DNA of 64,000 nucleotides from Octopus vulgaris. Lineage: Eukaryota. Shown one piece after another: positions 38,688 to 52,419 of the stretch. The first letter of the stretch is position 1. Every line of letters begins with the position of its first letter. Location: the NCBI GenBank assembly GCA_951406725.2, contig OX597840.1:5146001-5210000 (forward strand), written 5' to 3'. Made by a program: the position numbers and the translations under genes. The notes below the pieces were generated by a model. The model had not been told where the DNA came from. It saw nothing but the letters and a program-made list of their open reading frames with translations, and searched no databases.

Positions 38688-39550
38688 ACTTTTTCACTTC
38701 CCAAGCATTATACTAATACATCTGCTTGTTGTGTACACCACCTGTCTTCGTCTTTTGTTTTTTTGTGAATTCTCCCCCTACATACATACATACATACATA
38801 CATACATACATACATACATACAGCATGGCTGTGTAGTAAGAAACTTGCTTCTTAACCACATGGTTCTAGGTTCAGTCCCACTGTATGGTACCTTGGTCAA
38901 GTGTCTTCTATTGTAGCTTTGGGCTGACCGAAGCCTTGTGTGTGGATTTGGTAGGCGGAAACTGAAAGAAGCCTGATGTTTCTGTGAGCTGGCAGAAACA
39001 TTAGCACACCGGGCGGAATGCTTAGCAGTATTCCATCTGTCTTTACGTTCTGAGTTCAAATTCCGCCGAGGTCAACTTTGCCTTTCATCCTTTCGGGGTC
39101 GATAAATAAAGTACCAGTTTCGTACTGGGGTCGATGTAATCAACTTAATCCATTTGTCTGTCCTTGTTTGTCCCCTCTATGTGCAATAAAGAAATATATA
39201 TGTATATATACATATACATAAATATATACATATACATAAATATATACATATACATAAATATATATGTATATATACATATATACATATGTATATATACATA
39301 TTAATGAGTGCATGTCTTTTGTGTTTGTGTCTATCCTCCCACCAAGCTGGTGTGTTTACGTTCTTGTAACTTAGCAATTTAGCAAAAGAGACCAACAGAA
39401 TAAGTACTAAGCTTACAAAGAATAAGTCCTGGGGTCGATTTCTTCGACTAACACCCTTCATCCAGCATGGCCACAGTCAAATGACTGACACAAGTAAAAG
39501 AATAGAAGAACGTGTGTGTGTGTGTGTGTGTGTGTGCATGTGCATGTGTG

Positions 39551-39585
<35 letters not shown>

Positions 39586-40178
39586 GTATGTATGCCTACA
39601 TATATTGATTATGCATCTATCAGTGAGCATTGAAATCAATCAGGGGGAAAATTTATATTGTAGTACAATAGCCATTGCGTCATTATGGCGTCAATCCATC
39701 TTAATAGCCATGGTCACATGACCTGTATTAATAGCAGTGGTAGTCATGTGACCTACTTAATCTTTGCATAACAAACCAAGCCAAACCAAACCAAAGCATG
39801 TGATTTTTATTTTTCGTGGGGGGTGGGCTCTTTCTTTTGCTGATATTTATTATAAATCTTCGTTACGCTTTTTCACTAACGAACTGAAAACAACAACAGC
39901 AACAGCAAGAAAAGACATTAACTACAACATCAGAAACAACAACAGTATCAATGACAACAACAAAATATAAAATTAATTACAAGAAAAAAAACAAAATAAA
40001 TGAGGACCACAACAAAAAGAAAACAACATCAACAATAACAAGAACAATAATGGAAAGAAAAAGTAAAAAAAGACGATGCAGGTTTTAAAGCAAACGATGG
40101 TTTTAAAGGAATCAATATATTGTTGGGTGGTGGTGATGGTATTGGTGGTAGTGGTGGTGGTAGTGGCATAGTGGTATT

Positions 40179-40768
40179 GCTGGCAGAAACGTTAGCACGC
40201 CGGGCGAAATGCTCAGCGGTATTTCGTCTGCCGTTACGTTCTGAGTTCAAATTCCGCCGAGGTCGACTTTGCCTTTCATCCTTTCGGGATCGATAAATTA
40301 AGTTCCAGTTAGGCACTGGAGTCGATATAATCGACTTAATCCGTTTGTCTGTCCTTGTTTGTCCCCTCTGTGTGTGGCCCCTTGTGGGCAGTAAAGAAAT
40401 AGGTATTTCGTTTGCGGTTACGTTCTGAGTTCAAATTCCGCCGAGGTCGCCTTTGCCTTTCATCCTTTCGGGGTCGATGAATTAAGTTCCAGTTAGGCAC
40501 TGGAGTCGATATAATCGACTTAATCCGTTTGTCTGTCCTTGTTTGTCCCCTCTGTGTGTGGCCCCTTGTGGGCAGTAAAGAAATAGGTATTTCGTTTGCG
40601 GTTACGTTCTGAGTTCAAATTCCGCCGAGGTCGACTTTGCCTTTCATCATTTTGGGGTAAATAAATTATGTATCAGTTACACACTGAGGTCGATATAATC
40701 GACTTAATCCGTTTGTCTGTCCTTGCTTGTCCTCTCTGTGTTTAGCCCCTTGTGGGTAGTAAAGAAAT
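40179..40768 (+). mobile_element. SINE family B, tandem array of three units of about 183 bp
   Basis: ggtatttcgt...gttctgagttcaaattccgccgaggtcg...gtaaagaaat repeated three times. Confidence 0.92.
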
Positions 40769-41141
40769 GGGTAGTGCTGGTAGTAGTGATGTGCTAGTGG
40801 GGAAGGTCAGTGTCAATGCAATCAACTAACCCCTCCACCAAAACTTCAGGCCTTTTGTCTTGTACAAAGTACATATATATATCACGTGATCACATGACCG
40901 ACCAGGCTATCAGATATTGCTATACATCGCTGTTCCCAGTGCGCTTTGCATTGTTTTAGCCTTCAAATAACGCCACCCTGCAGGCTAAGTGAGCAGGCCA
41001 ACAGAAGAAAGAGTGAGAGAAAGTTGTGGCGAAAGAGTACAGCAGGGTTCGCCACCACCCACTGCCAGAGCCTGGTCTGGAATCGAAACCACAATCCTAC
41101 GTCTGCAAGTCCGTTGCCCTAACCACTGGGCCATTGTGCCT

Positions 41142-41259
<118 letters not shown>

Positions 41260-41307
41260 ATCAATACAGTGTACATGACTTGTGCATATATGTTTAATCT
41301 AAGTGTA

Positions 41308-41376
41308 CCTGCTGAAGAAGACTTCGCCTAGCAAATTATTTTATTTGCTAAAATAAGACTGAAATCATGGTGCAGG
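41308..41376 (+). ncRNA. Type I hammerhead, probably inactive (GUG triplet), in a TA-flanked element at about 41260-41615
   Basis: CCTG-CTGAAGA-AGaCTT..tagcaaat/atttgcta..AAGaCT-GAAA-TCATGG-TG-CAGG. Confidence 0.65.
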
Positions 41377-41624
41377 AGTTAGATGGTGAATGCTTTTATT
41401 TTTCATTTCTTTCGAAGTTTTATCCCAAACAGGGGTTTGGAATTTAACTGTTTTTTCTAGTGTGCAAGGAGTCCTATGATGGATGCCTCTTATGTGTTTA
41501 AATGTACACTGTATTTATATGAATAATATATAGTCTATTGACTAAATTTTTTACATGCTAGGCCACTGATAATAGGAATTTCTAATATTTCTTATTACCC
41601 TTGATATTATTAATATATATATAT

Positions 41625-42200
41625 AAATAAGAAAATGGAGGAACAGATTCCTTTCACTCATCAACTTACAGATATTACCAATTCATATTATTTATTAACT
41701 ACTTAAATAGGAACATTCAAATCCAACAGAATAAAACAGAATAAAACAATATACATCAATAAATAAGATAATACCATAAAAATAATACATATAAAATGGA
41801 TCTGACAGCTGTTTCAGCCTGTAGATAAAGGTATCTCATTGTGCCTATATTAGTCATATCTTTTAAATTTATTTATGGGAAACATTTTGAATATGTAAGT
41901 AAAGTTCCTATTCCATAATGCTGGCCACAGTCTAATGGGGCTGACTGGTGAACTAGTTCTTTGGGGTTGCATCGAGCTGTCACAATATAACATAGTATAA
42001 ATATAGTAATTATAACAATAATCCTTCGATGGAATTCATAAACATTTAATGCATACCTACATGTGTTTCCACAAATCACATGTCTCTTAAAATTACAGAC
42101 CATATTCCTGGGAATACTCCTGAAGAAATGAATTCATAAAGATGAGTTACCTGATGCCTATGTATACCATGGATGACAATGAACATCCCACAATTTCTTA
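41625..42200 (-). mobile_element. Second copy of the 37678 family, with the 3' half of the hammerhead only
   Basis: aaataagaaaatggagga... homology. The minus strand reads AGGCT-GAAA-CAGCTG-TC-AGATCC at about 41797-41820. Confidence 0.7.
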
Positions 42201-42976
42201 TATATATATATATATATATATATATCTTCTATCTTCCACTTGTTTCAATCATTGGACTGCAGCCATGCTGGACATGCTTTCAAGAATTTCACTCAAATGA
42301 ATTGGCGTCCGTCCTTTTTCTTTCGCTTTGAAAGCCTGGTACTAAATTTATCGGTCTTTGTTGCTGAAAACTCTAAGTGACAGGGATGTAAATACACCAA
42401 CTCCAACTGTCAAATGGTGGTGGGTGACCACCATCGCAAACACAAAGATATGTGCACATAAATATATACGTATGTATGAATGTATGTATGTATGTATCTA
42501 TATCTATACATATATATATGTACACGATAGGCTTCTTTCAGTTACTTATTTCTTTATTGCCCACAAGGGGGCAAACAAGGACAGACAAACGGATTAAGTC
42601 AATTACATTGACCCCAGTGCGTAACTGGTACTTAATTTATCGACCCTGAAAGGATGAAAGGCAAAGTCGACCTCGGCGGAACTTGAACTCCGAACGTAGC
42701 GGCAGACGAAATACCTATTTCTTTACTACCCACAAGGGGCTAAACATAGAGAGGACAAACAAGGACAGACAAATGGATTAAGTCGATCGTTAGGTTGTGA
42801 GCTTGATTCTTGGTGGTGTGTTGTGTCCTTGAGCAAGTCTCTTTATTCCACGTTGCCCCAGTCCACTCATCTTGCAAAAATGAGTTGTACCTGTAATTCA
42901 TAGGTCCAGCTTTGTCACATTCTGTGCCATACTGAATCTCCCTGAGAACTATGTTCACGGTATGCACATCTGTTAA

Positions 42977-43574
42977 GGTGGCGCACTGGCAGAAACGTTA
43001 GCACGCCTGACAAAATGCGTAGCTGTATTTCGTCTGCAGCTACGTTCTGAGATCAAATTCCGCCGAGGTCGACTTTGCCTTTCATCCTTTCGGGGTCGAT
43101 AAATAAAGTACCAGTTACGCACTGGAGTCGATATAATCAACTTAATCTGTTTGTCTGTCCTTGTTTGTCCCCTCTGTGTTTATCCCCTTGTGGGTAGTAA
43201 AGAAATAGGTATTTCGTCTGCCGCTACATTCTGAGTTCAAATTCCACCGAGGTGGGCTTTGCCTTTCATCCTTTCGGGGTCGATTAAATAAGTACCAGTT
43301 ACAGACTGGGGTCGATGTAATCGACTTAATCCGTTTGTCCTGGTTTGTCCCCTCTGTGTTTAGCCCCTTGTGGGTAGTAAAGAAATAGGTATTTCATCTG
43401 CCGCTACGTTCTGAGTTCAAATTCCGCTGAGGTCGACTTTACCTTTCACCCTTTCGGGGTCGATTAAATAAGTACCAGTTATGGACTGGGGTCGATGTAA
43501 TTGACTTAATCCGTTTGTCTGTCCTTGTTTGTCCCTTCTGTGTTTAGCCCCTTGTGGGTAGTAAAGAAATAGGT
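42977..43574 (+). mobile_element. SINE family B, tandem array of three units (inverted copy at about 42545-42788)
   Basis: Same unit as 40179-40768. Confidence 0.9.
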
Positions 43575-43765
43575 ATGCACATCTGTGGAGTACTCAGCCA
43601 GTTGCATGTTAATTTTCACCTAATCAACATAACCAATGGAGTACCAGTTATATCAAAGGGTGTTATACATTGTCAGGATAATTCTCTGTTCATGAGATTA
43701 CATAAGACATTGCACAGCATTATGCATGACATAGTGCAATGTTAAATTAAAGTACGGCTTTATTA

Positions 43766-44175
43766 TACTCTCTCTTTACTTTTTTACTTGTTTCGGTCAT
43801 TTGACTGCGGCCATGCTGGAGCACCGCCTCTAATCGAGCAAATCGACCCCAGGACTTATTCTTTGTAAGCCTAGTACTTATTCTATCGGTCTCTTTTGCC
43901 GGACTGCTAAGTTACAGGGATATAAACACACCAGAATCGGTTGTCAAGCAATGCTAGAGGGACAAACACACACACACACACACATACATACATATATATA
44001 TATACATATATATGACAGGCTTCTTTCAGTTTCTGTCTACCAAATCCACTCACAAGGCATTGGTCGGCCTGGGGCTATAGTAGAAGACACTTGCTCAAGA
44101 TGCCACGCAGTGGGACTGAACCAGGAACCATGTGGTTGGTTAGCAAGCTACTTACCACACAGCCACTCCTGCACC
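43766..44175 (-). mobile_element. SINE family A, full length
   Basis: Family A match. Confidence 0.9.
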
Positions 44176-44177
44176 TA

Positions 44178-44252
<75 letters not shown>

Positions 44253-45021
44253 ATATATATATATATATAGGCGGCGAGTTGGCAGAAACGTTAGCACGCC
44301 GGTCAAAATGCGTTGCCGTATTTCGTCTGCCGTTACGTTCCGAGTTCAAATTCCGCTGAGGTCGACTTTGCCTTTCATCCTTCCGGGGTCGATAAATTAA
44401 GTTCCAGTTACGCACTGAAGTCGATGTAATCGACTTAATCCGTTTGTCTGTCCTTGTTTGTCTCCTCTGTGTTTAGCCCCTTGTGGGTAGTAAAGAAATA
44501 TATATATATATATATATAAGGTTAATCCAAACGGGAAAACAGAAAAAACAACAACACGTGGAACAATTACAGTATTATTATTATTAGGCGCTCAGGAAAG
44601 ATGGAAGCAGGAAGGTATGACGTTTCGATATATATATATATACATATATACATATATACGATGGGCTTCTTTCAGTTTCTGTCTACCAAATCTACTCACA
44701 AGGCTTTGGTCGGCCCAAGGCTATAGTAAAAGACACTTGCCCAAGGTGCCACACGGAACACGGAACCATGAGGTTTGTAAGCAACCTACTTACCACATGG
44801 TGATGTTAAGGCAGTAAAAGGCAGAATAAGGTGGCTTTAGATGGTGTTTGAGGCAGCTAAGGTAATGTTTGGGAGCACCAGAGCAGGATACAGTGGTTAA
44901 GTGGTGGGGGTTGAGGTGGTGTTGAACAAGGCATGTTGTTTTGTTTGTAATGTGTCCATCTGTGATGAGGACTAATGACTAATGATTTAGAAATGATAAT
45001 GAGGGACAGTGATCTTTCATG

Positions 45022-45057
<36 letters not shown>

Positions 45058-45139
45058 AACATAATCACATGCATGCATGTTCATGCAGGAAATATGCATG
45101 CAGCACATGTGTGAAAAGTGTGCACAAACTGACACACAC

Positions 45140-45800
<661 letters not shown>

Positions 45801-46189
45801 ACATATATATATGCATGTTCACTGCATAAACACAACAAACAAGCGAACACACATACTTTTAAATGTTGACTTTCACCTGCTCACACACACACATGCACAC
45901 ACACACCCAAATGGCACGTGCTTGGGCATTGAGATATACATTAGTGGGGCAAGATTGTTTAGTAGCAGTGGTGATGGTGGTGGTGGTGGTGGTGGTGGTG
46001 TATGGAGAATGTTGGAGGTGGCAGCTGTGGTGGTAGTGGTGATGATGATGGTGGTGGTGGTGGTGGTGGTGGTGGTGGTGATGCTGGCAGTGGTGGTCAG
46101 TGTTAGTTTTAGTGGTGGTAGTAGTGGACAGAGATGGTGATGGGGAGAGTAGATGGTGGTAGTGGTTGGGAGTGGCTAATATGTAGTAA

Positions 46190-46240
<51 letters not shown>

Positions 46241-46327
46241 TAGTTGTAATGTAGTGACACATGGCAGCAATTGTGGAGTGTTGAGACAGCAGTGATCATG
46301 TCTTTTATTATTATTATTATTATTATT

Positions 46328-46881
46328 GAGTGAGAGAGCAGTGCACGCCATCAAAGTGACACTGGGGTAAAATATACGAAGCCCAGCATACCCATCATGA
46401 CTACCCGTCTGATAAGGGTACACCAGGCACATGCATCACAACCACATGTGCACAACATGGTGACCTCGTATCAAGATAAACAGTGCATGACCTTGCGGGT
46501 GGGGCCCAGTTAGAATTTTCTTCAGTTTGAGTAGCCCATCCTGCTCAAAAGGTCCCTGAATAAGGGTTGTTTATGGATATTGAAAGAACCACCTATGTTT
46601 CCAGAGGTGAATTATTCAAACCCCAAAGAATCCCTCTCAACACATGGCTATGATGCTCCCCCACTACTTCTGCTCGTGATCAGAGATGCACATATCGTCA
46701 GCCACTAAGGGACATGCTCAACTGGTTAAGGTCAAACAACTGACAAGCAAATCTGTGGTATTGAGCAGAATATTTGCTGGAGCCCATCTTTTATACCAAG
46801 ACGAAACAATGTACATGATAACACTTCCAATCAGTTAAGATCAGAAGCCATGAAAGCCACTGCCTGGTACTGCATCAGGGC
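46328..46881. mobile_element. Unclassified element of about 550 bp with (TTA)n on both sides
   Basis: Complex sequence with sharp boundaries in (TTA)n. No ORF. Confidence 0.45.
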
Positions 46882-46924
46882 ATTATTATTATTATTATTT
46901 TTATTATTATTATTATTAGTATTA

Positions 46925-47265
46925 TGTGAAGGCACATGGCTCAGTGGTTAGAGCGTCGGGCTTACGATCGTGAGGTTGTGAGTTCGAATCCCGGACCGGG
47001 CTGCGTGTTGTATTCTTGGAGAAGACACTTTATCTCACGTTGCTCAAATTCACTCATCTGTAGAATTGAGTTGTGATGTCACAGGTGCTAAGCTGTATCG
47101 GCCCCTTTTGCTTTTCCCTTGGATGACACTGGTGGCATGGAGAGGGGAGGCCTGTATGCATGGGCGACTGCTGGTCTTCCATAAACAACCTTGCCCGGAC
47201 TTGTGCCTGGGAGGGCTACCTTCTAGGTGCAATCCCATGGTCAGTCATGACCGAAGGAGGTCTCA
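46925..47265 (+). mobile_element. tRNA-derived SINE family E
   Basis: tggctcagtggttagagcg...gttcgaatccc. Homologous to 1301-1628. Confidence 0.85.
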
Positions 47266-47669
47266 GCATTATTATTATGTTAGCATACTGGACAAAATGG
47301 TTAATGGTATTTCACCTTTTGCTACATTCTGAGTCCAAATTTCACCAACGTCAGCTTTGACTTTCATCCTTTCAGGGTCGATAAATTAAGTACCAGTTAC
47401 GCACTGGGGTCGATGTAATCGACTTACCTCTCCCACAAATTTTCCAAGTAAGGTAATATTTTCCCCACGGCCTGACATGGCTTTAACAGAATATTGGAAA
47501 TGAACGACACTGCTTGTATGACAGTGACATTCGTTTACAACTATCATACAATGTAAAGACATGGAGACGCAGACACACATTAACAAACACATATATACAT
47601 ACTCAGACATACACATATATATGCATGTATCTATTTATTTCCCTACCTGTTTATATCGATGTATATTTG

Positions 47670-48139
47670 TAGGCACAGGCATGGCTGTGTGGTTAAGAAG
47701 CTCGCTTCCCAACCACATGGTTTCAGGTTCAGTCCCACTGCATGACACCTTGAGCAAGGGTCTTCTACTAAAGCCTTGTGAGTGGATTTGGTAGATGGAA
47801 ACTGAAAGAAGCCTGTCGTGTGTGTGTGTGTGTCTTGTCTGTGTCTGTGTTTGTCCTCTACCATTACTTGACAATGATTGTTTGTGTCTTTACATCCCTG
47901 TAACTTAGCAGTTCGAAAAAAGAGACCAAAAGAATAAGTATGAGGTTTTAAAATATAAAAAAAAACAGTGTCATTGATTCCTTTGATCAAAGATTCTTCA
48001 AGGTGGTACCCCAGCATGACCGTAGTTCCGGGTTCAGTCCCACTGCGTGGCACCTTGGGCAAGTGTCTTCTACTATAGCCTCGAGCTGACCAAAGCCTTG
48101 TGAGTGGATTTGGTAGACGGAAACTGAAAGAAGCTCGTC

Positions 48140-48183
<44 letters not shown>

Positions 48184-49092
48184 GGGTGTATATGTTTGTG
48201 TGTCAGGTGTACCCCCCCCCCCCCAAGCATTGCTTGACAACCGATGCTGGTGTGTTTACGTCCCTGTAATTTAGCGGTTCGGCAAAAGAGACCGATAGAA
48301 TAAGTACTATGCTTACAAAGAATGAGTCCTGGGGTCGATTTGCTCGACTAAATGCAGTGCTCCAGCATGGCCACAGTCATATGACTGAAACAAGTAAAAA
48401 AGAGAGAGAGAGAGAGAGAGTAATACAAGGACTGAAGCAAGTAAAAGAATAAAAGAATAAAACAATAAAACAATAAAAGAATATATAGTAAAGGTAAATC
48501 ATGGTCGTCAGCTAAACCTGACTAAGGCTGTGAATAACACCTACATTGCTAGAAATAGGAGCTAAAATGCTCCAATGAAAAGGGCTGCAATCATCTGGAA
48601 AACTGAAGCAAGAATTCCTTAGACTGACCTGACAATTTTGGCTATTTCTGTGTGTATGTGTGTGTATATCTCTTTTACTCTTTTACTCTTTTACTTGTTT
48701 CAGTCATTTGACTGTGGCCATGCTGGAGCACCGCCTTTAGTCGAGCAAATCGACCCCGGGACTTATTCTTTGCAAGCCCAGTACTTATTCTATCGGTCTC
48801 TTTTGCCGAACCGCTAAGTGACGGGGACGTAAACACACCAGCATCAGTTGTCAAGCAATACTAGGGGGACAAACACAGACACACAAACACACACATGCAT
48901 ATATATATATATATATACATACATATATACGACGGGCTTCTTTCAGTTTCCGTCTACCAAATCCACTCACAAGGCATTGGTTGGCCCGAGGCTATAGCAG
49001 AAGACACTTGCCCCAGATGCCATGCAGTGGGACTGAACCCGGAACCATGTGGTTGGTAAGCAAGCTACTTACCACACAGCCACTCCTGCGCC
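47670..49092. mobile_element. SINE family A cluster: + copies at 47670-48025 and 48025-48400, - copy at 48670-49092
   Basis: Family A matches in both orientations. Confidence 0.88.
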
Positions 49093-49322
49093 TAATAATT
49101 ATTTATATATATATATATATATATAATTATTAAATTTAATTAGAGGATGTGTAAGCCTCATGAAGGAATGTTTTCATCGAAGGAAATACTGACCCAATAC
49201 CTAGTATTGTTAGGGAATGAATTTCTCTTAGAACAATAGCTGTATATATGAAGCATTTAGTTTATATTCATTTAAAAGAAGAAACGAAAATGGTGTGTTT
49301 ATTGTTAACAGCAAATTGGTCA

Positions 49323-49707
49323 TCTCTCTCTATATAAACGGCAGTTTGTCTGTCTGCGTGTCTGTGTGTCTGTTAGGTTGTACCCTAACCCTGACCACGG
49401 CTTTCAACCGATTCTGATGAAACTTGACACACACATAGCCCAATGTCATAATTCAAAACTAACGCAGCGAAAATTTTGATAAGTTCCCCCAGTTCTGAAA
49501 AAAATCGATAAATTCAACATGGGGTCGAGAATCAGAAACACAAACCACAGACTGTCTAGGGGACGCAACTCGACCTTTTTAACTCTCCAAAAAAGTTTAC
49601 CATCATTGTTTTTCCATTTTTTTGCTATTTTTTGGCTATAACTCTCTAAAAAATGCTTTATAGTTATTTCCCTTACAAACCCGAGCAACGCCAGGCGATA
49701 CTGCTAG
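49323..49707 (+). mobile_element. Non-autonomous Helitron
   Basis: a|TCTCTCTCTATATAAA ... ttatagttatttcccttacaaacccgagcaacgccaggcgatactgCTAG|t. The 3' end is shared with 26218-26595. Confidence 0.88.
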
Positions 49708-49800
49708 TCTTCACTAAATGCAATTGAATTTGCTGTTAATAATAAACAATTATTAACTTCGTAATCTCCATTTTCTTTTCTTCTTTATTATATATATATA

Positions 49801-51246
49801 GGCGCAGGAGTGGCTGTGTGGCAAGTAGCTTGCTTGCCAACCACATGGTTCCGGGTTCAGTCCCACTAGGAGTGGCTGCGTGGCAAGTAGCTTGCTTGCC
49901 AACCACATGGTTCCGGGTTCAGTCCCACTAGGAGTGGCTGTGTGGCAAGTAGCTTGCTTGCCAACCACATGGTTCCGGGTTCAGTCCCACTGCGTGGCAC
50001 CTTGGGCAAGTGTCTTCTGCTATAGCCCCGGGCCGACCGAAGCCTTGTGAGTGGATTTGGTAGACGGAAACTGAAAGAAGCCTGTCGTATATATGTACAT
50101 GTATATATATATGCATGTATGTTTGTGTGTCTGTGTTTGTCCCCCCAATATCGCTTGACAACCGATGCTGGTGTGTTTACGTCCCCGTCACTTAGCGGTT
50201 CGGCAAAAGAGACCGATAGAATAAGTACTGGGCTTACAAAAGAATAAGTCCCGGGGTCGAGTTGCTCGACTAAAGGCGGTGCTACAGCATGGCCATAGTC
50301 AAATGACTGAAACAAGTAAAAGAGTAATATATATATATACACACACATTACAGGTATAGGGTATAGAATTATTAATTTAATAATTAATAAATTTTACCAA
50401 GTAGTTTCGGTATGGAAAGAGAACCATTATTGGTAAAAACTTGTACAAGAAGTTTTTTTATATAATTATAAATATAATTAAGGCTTTAGCAACAAGTTGT
50501 TTCACCACATGCGGAAAATTTAGAAATAGCAGCCAAAAGACAGCTAATTTTTTTTAACTACAAATATGAATCGTAGACTCTCTTTACTCTTTTACTCTTT
50601 CACTTGTTTCAGTCATTTGACTGTGGCCATGCTGGAGCACTGCCTTTAATCGAGCAACTCGACCCCAGGACTTATTCTTTTGTAAGCCCAGTACTTATTC
50701 TATCGGTCTCTTTTGCCGAACCGCTAAGTGACGGGGACATGAATAAATCAGCATCGGTTGTCAAGCAATGCTAGGGGGACAAACACAGACACACAAACAC
50801 ACACACGCATACATATATATACATATATACGACGGGCTTCTTTCAGTTTCCATCTACCAAATCCACTCACAAGGTATGGGTCGGCTCGAGGCTATAGTAG
50901 AAGACACTTGCCCAAGGTGCCACGCAGTGGGACTGAACCCGGAACCATATGGTTGGTAGACAAGCTACTTACCACACAGCCACTCCGGCGCCTGTTTGAT
51001 TTCGTTATTTTTTCTTCTTTTTGCCTATGTGAGTTACAAATATTGTTGTCTGTGGAATCATATTTGTACAATGTTTTCCAAACAAACCTAATAATGTCTG
51101 TGTGACAAGGAATTTGCTTCCCAACCACATGGTTCCAGGTTCAATCCTACTGTGTAACATCTTGGGCAAGTGTCTTCCAGTATAGCCTCAGGCCAACCAA
51201 AGTTTTGTGAGTGGATTTGATAGATGGAAACTGAAAGAAGCCTGTC

Positions 51247-51280
<34 letters not shown>

Positions 51281-51480
51281 ATTTGTGTTTGTATTTGTCT
51301 TCCAACCACTGCTTGACAATTGTTGTTGGTGTGTTTACATCCCTGTAACTTAGTGGTTCAACAAAAAGAGTCCGATAGAATAAGTACTAGGCTTATAAAG
51401 AAAAAGTCCTGTGGTTGATTTACTCAACTAAAGGCGATGCTCTAGCATGGCCGCAGTCAAATGACTGGAACAAGTAAAAG
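49801..51480. mobile_element. SINE family A cluster: + 49801-50326 (triplicated head), - 50578-50992, + 51098-51480
   Basis: Family A matches. Confidence 0.88.
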
Positions 51481-51607
51481 ATAACACAATAAACAATACA
51501 ATAATAAATAAAAAATAATAATAATAAACGAAGTATTTCTTTTAATTTTCATAAAAACATCAAATTTATGATGGAGTGGATATATAATGTGGATAGTTTG
51601 GTATATA

Positions 51608-52173
51608 TTGGGTTGTCCGGAAAGTTCATGCCGATTTTTAAAGGAAAGAAAAAGGTCAATAAATACCTGCCATTACATTTTTAATCAACCAAATATGAAC
51701 CATTTTGTTGCACAATGCGTCTCCATCTTTCCTTTAACTTAAAAATACCCTCTTCCCAGAATTGAGGTGGTTTCATGGCAAACAATTCATCATGGTATCT
51801 TTTTATGTCATCCGAGGAATTGAAATGTTTACCATTAAGACTATTCTGCAGAGACCTGAATAAGTGGAAATCTGAAGGAGCAATATCTGGTGAATATGGA
51901 GGGTGGGGTAACACATCCCAGCCGAGCTGCAGCAATTTTTCTCTGGTTCCCAAAGCATCAAATGCCGAAAATGAACTTTCTTATCTCCCATTTTAAAGGG
52001 TTACAGAATTAATACAGGTTATAGGAACATAAACCTTCTTCCAGGAAAAAATAGCTTAAACTGTGCTCTAAATGGAGGTGTAGTCAAATCCTATTTTATG
52101 GACTCAACCATCTTCTAAAATAAGTCGAAAGGTAAGCTACTATAAATTGGCATGAACTTTCCGGACAACCCAA
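51608..52173 (-). mobile_element. Internally deleted mariner transposon
   Basis: TIRs ttgggttgtccggaaagttcatgcc / ggcatgaactttccggacaacccaa with TA TSD. ORF reads LGWDVLPHPPYSPDIAPSDFHLFRSL. Confidence 0.95.
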
Positions 52174-52419
52174 TAGATGTATGTGTGTGTGTTTGGGTTT
52201 TTTTCTGAGCATATGTGTGTGTGTATATGTATATGTGTTTGTATGTGTGCATGTGTGTTCATATGTGTGTGTGTGTGTGGTTAAGAAGCTTGCATTGCAA
52301 TCCCATGTTTCTGGGTTCAAAAACATGGCACCTTGGGCAGGTGCCTTCTACTATAACCTGAGGCCAACCTTGTGACTGAATCAATTCGATGGAAACTGTG
52401 TGGAAGTCTGCTGCTTTCA

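Noticed and set aside
46691-46748. HDV-like ribozyme on the minus strand
   Set aside because: A P1/P3-like pairing can be drawn, but P1.1, J4/2 and P2 could not be found.
46925-47005. tRNA genes at SINE heads (also 1301, 23215, 25857)
   Set aside because: A and B boxes are present but run directly into SINE bodies, and no clean cloverleaf was seen.
49382-49396. Telomeric CCCTAA repeat
   Set aside because: Only about two units, inside a Helitron.
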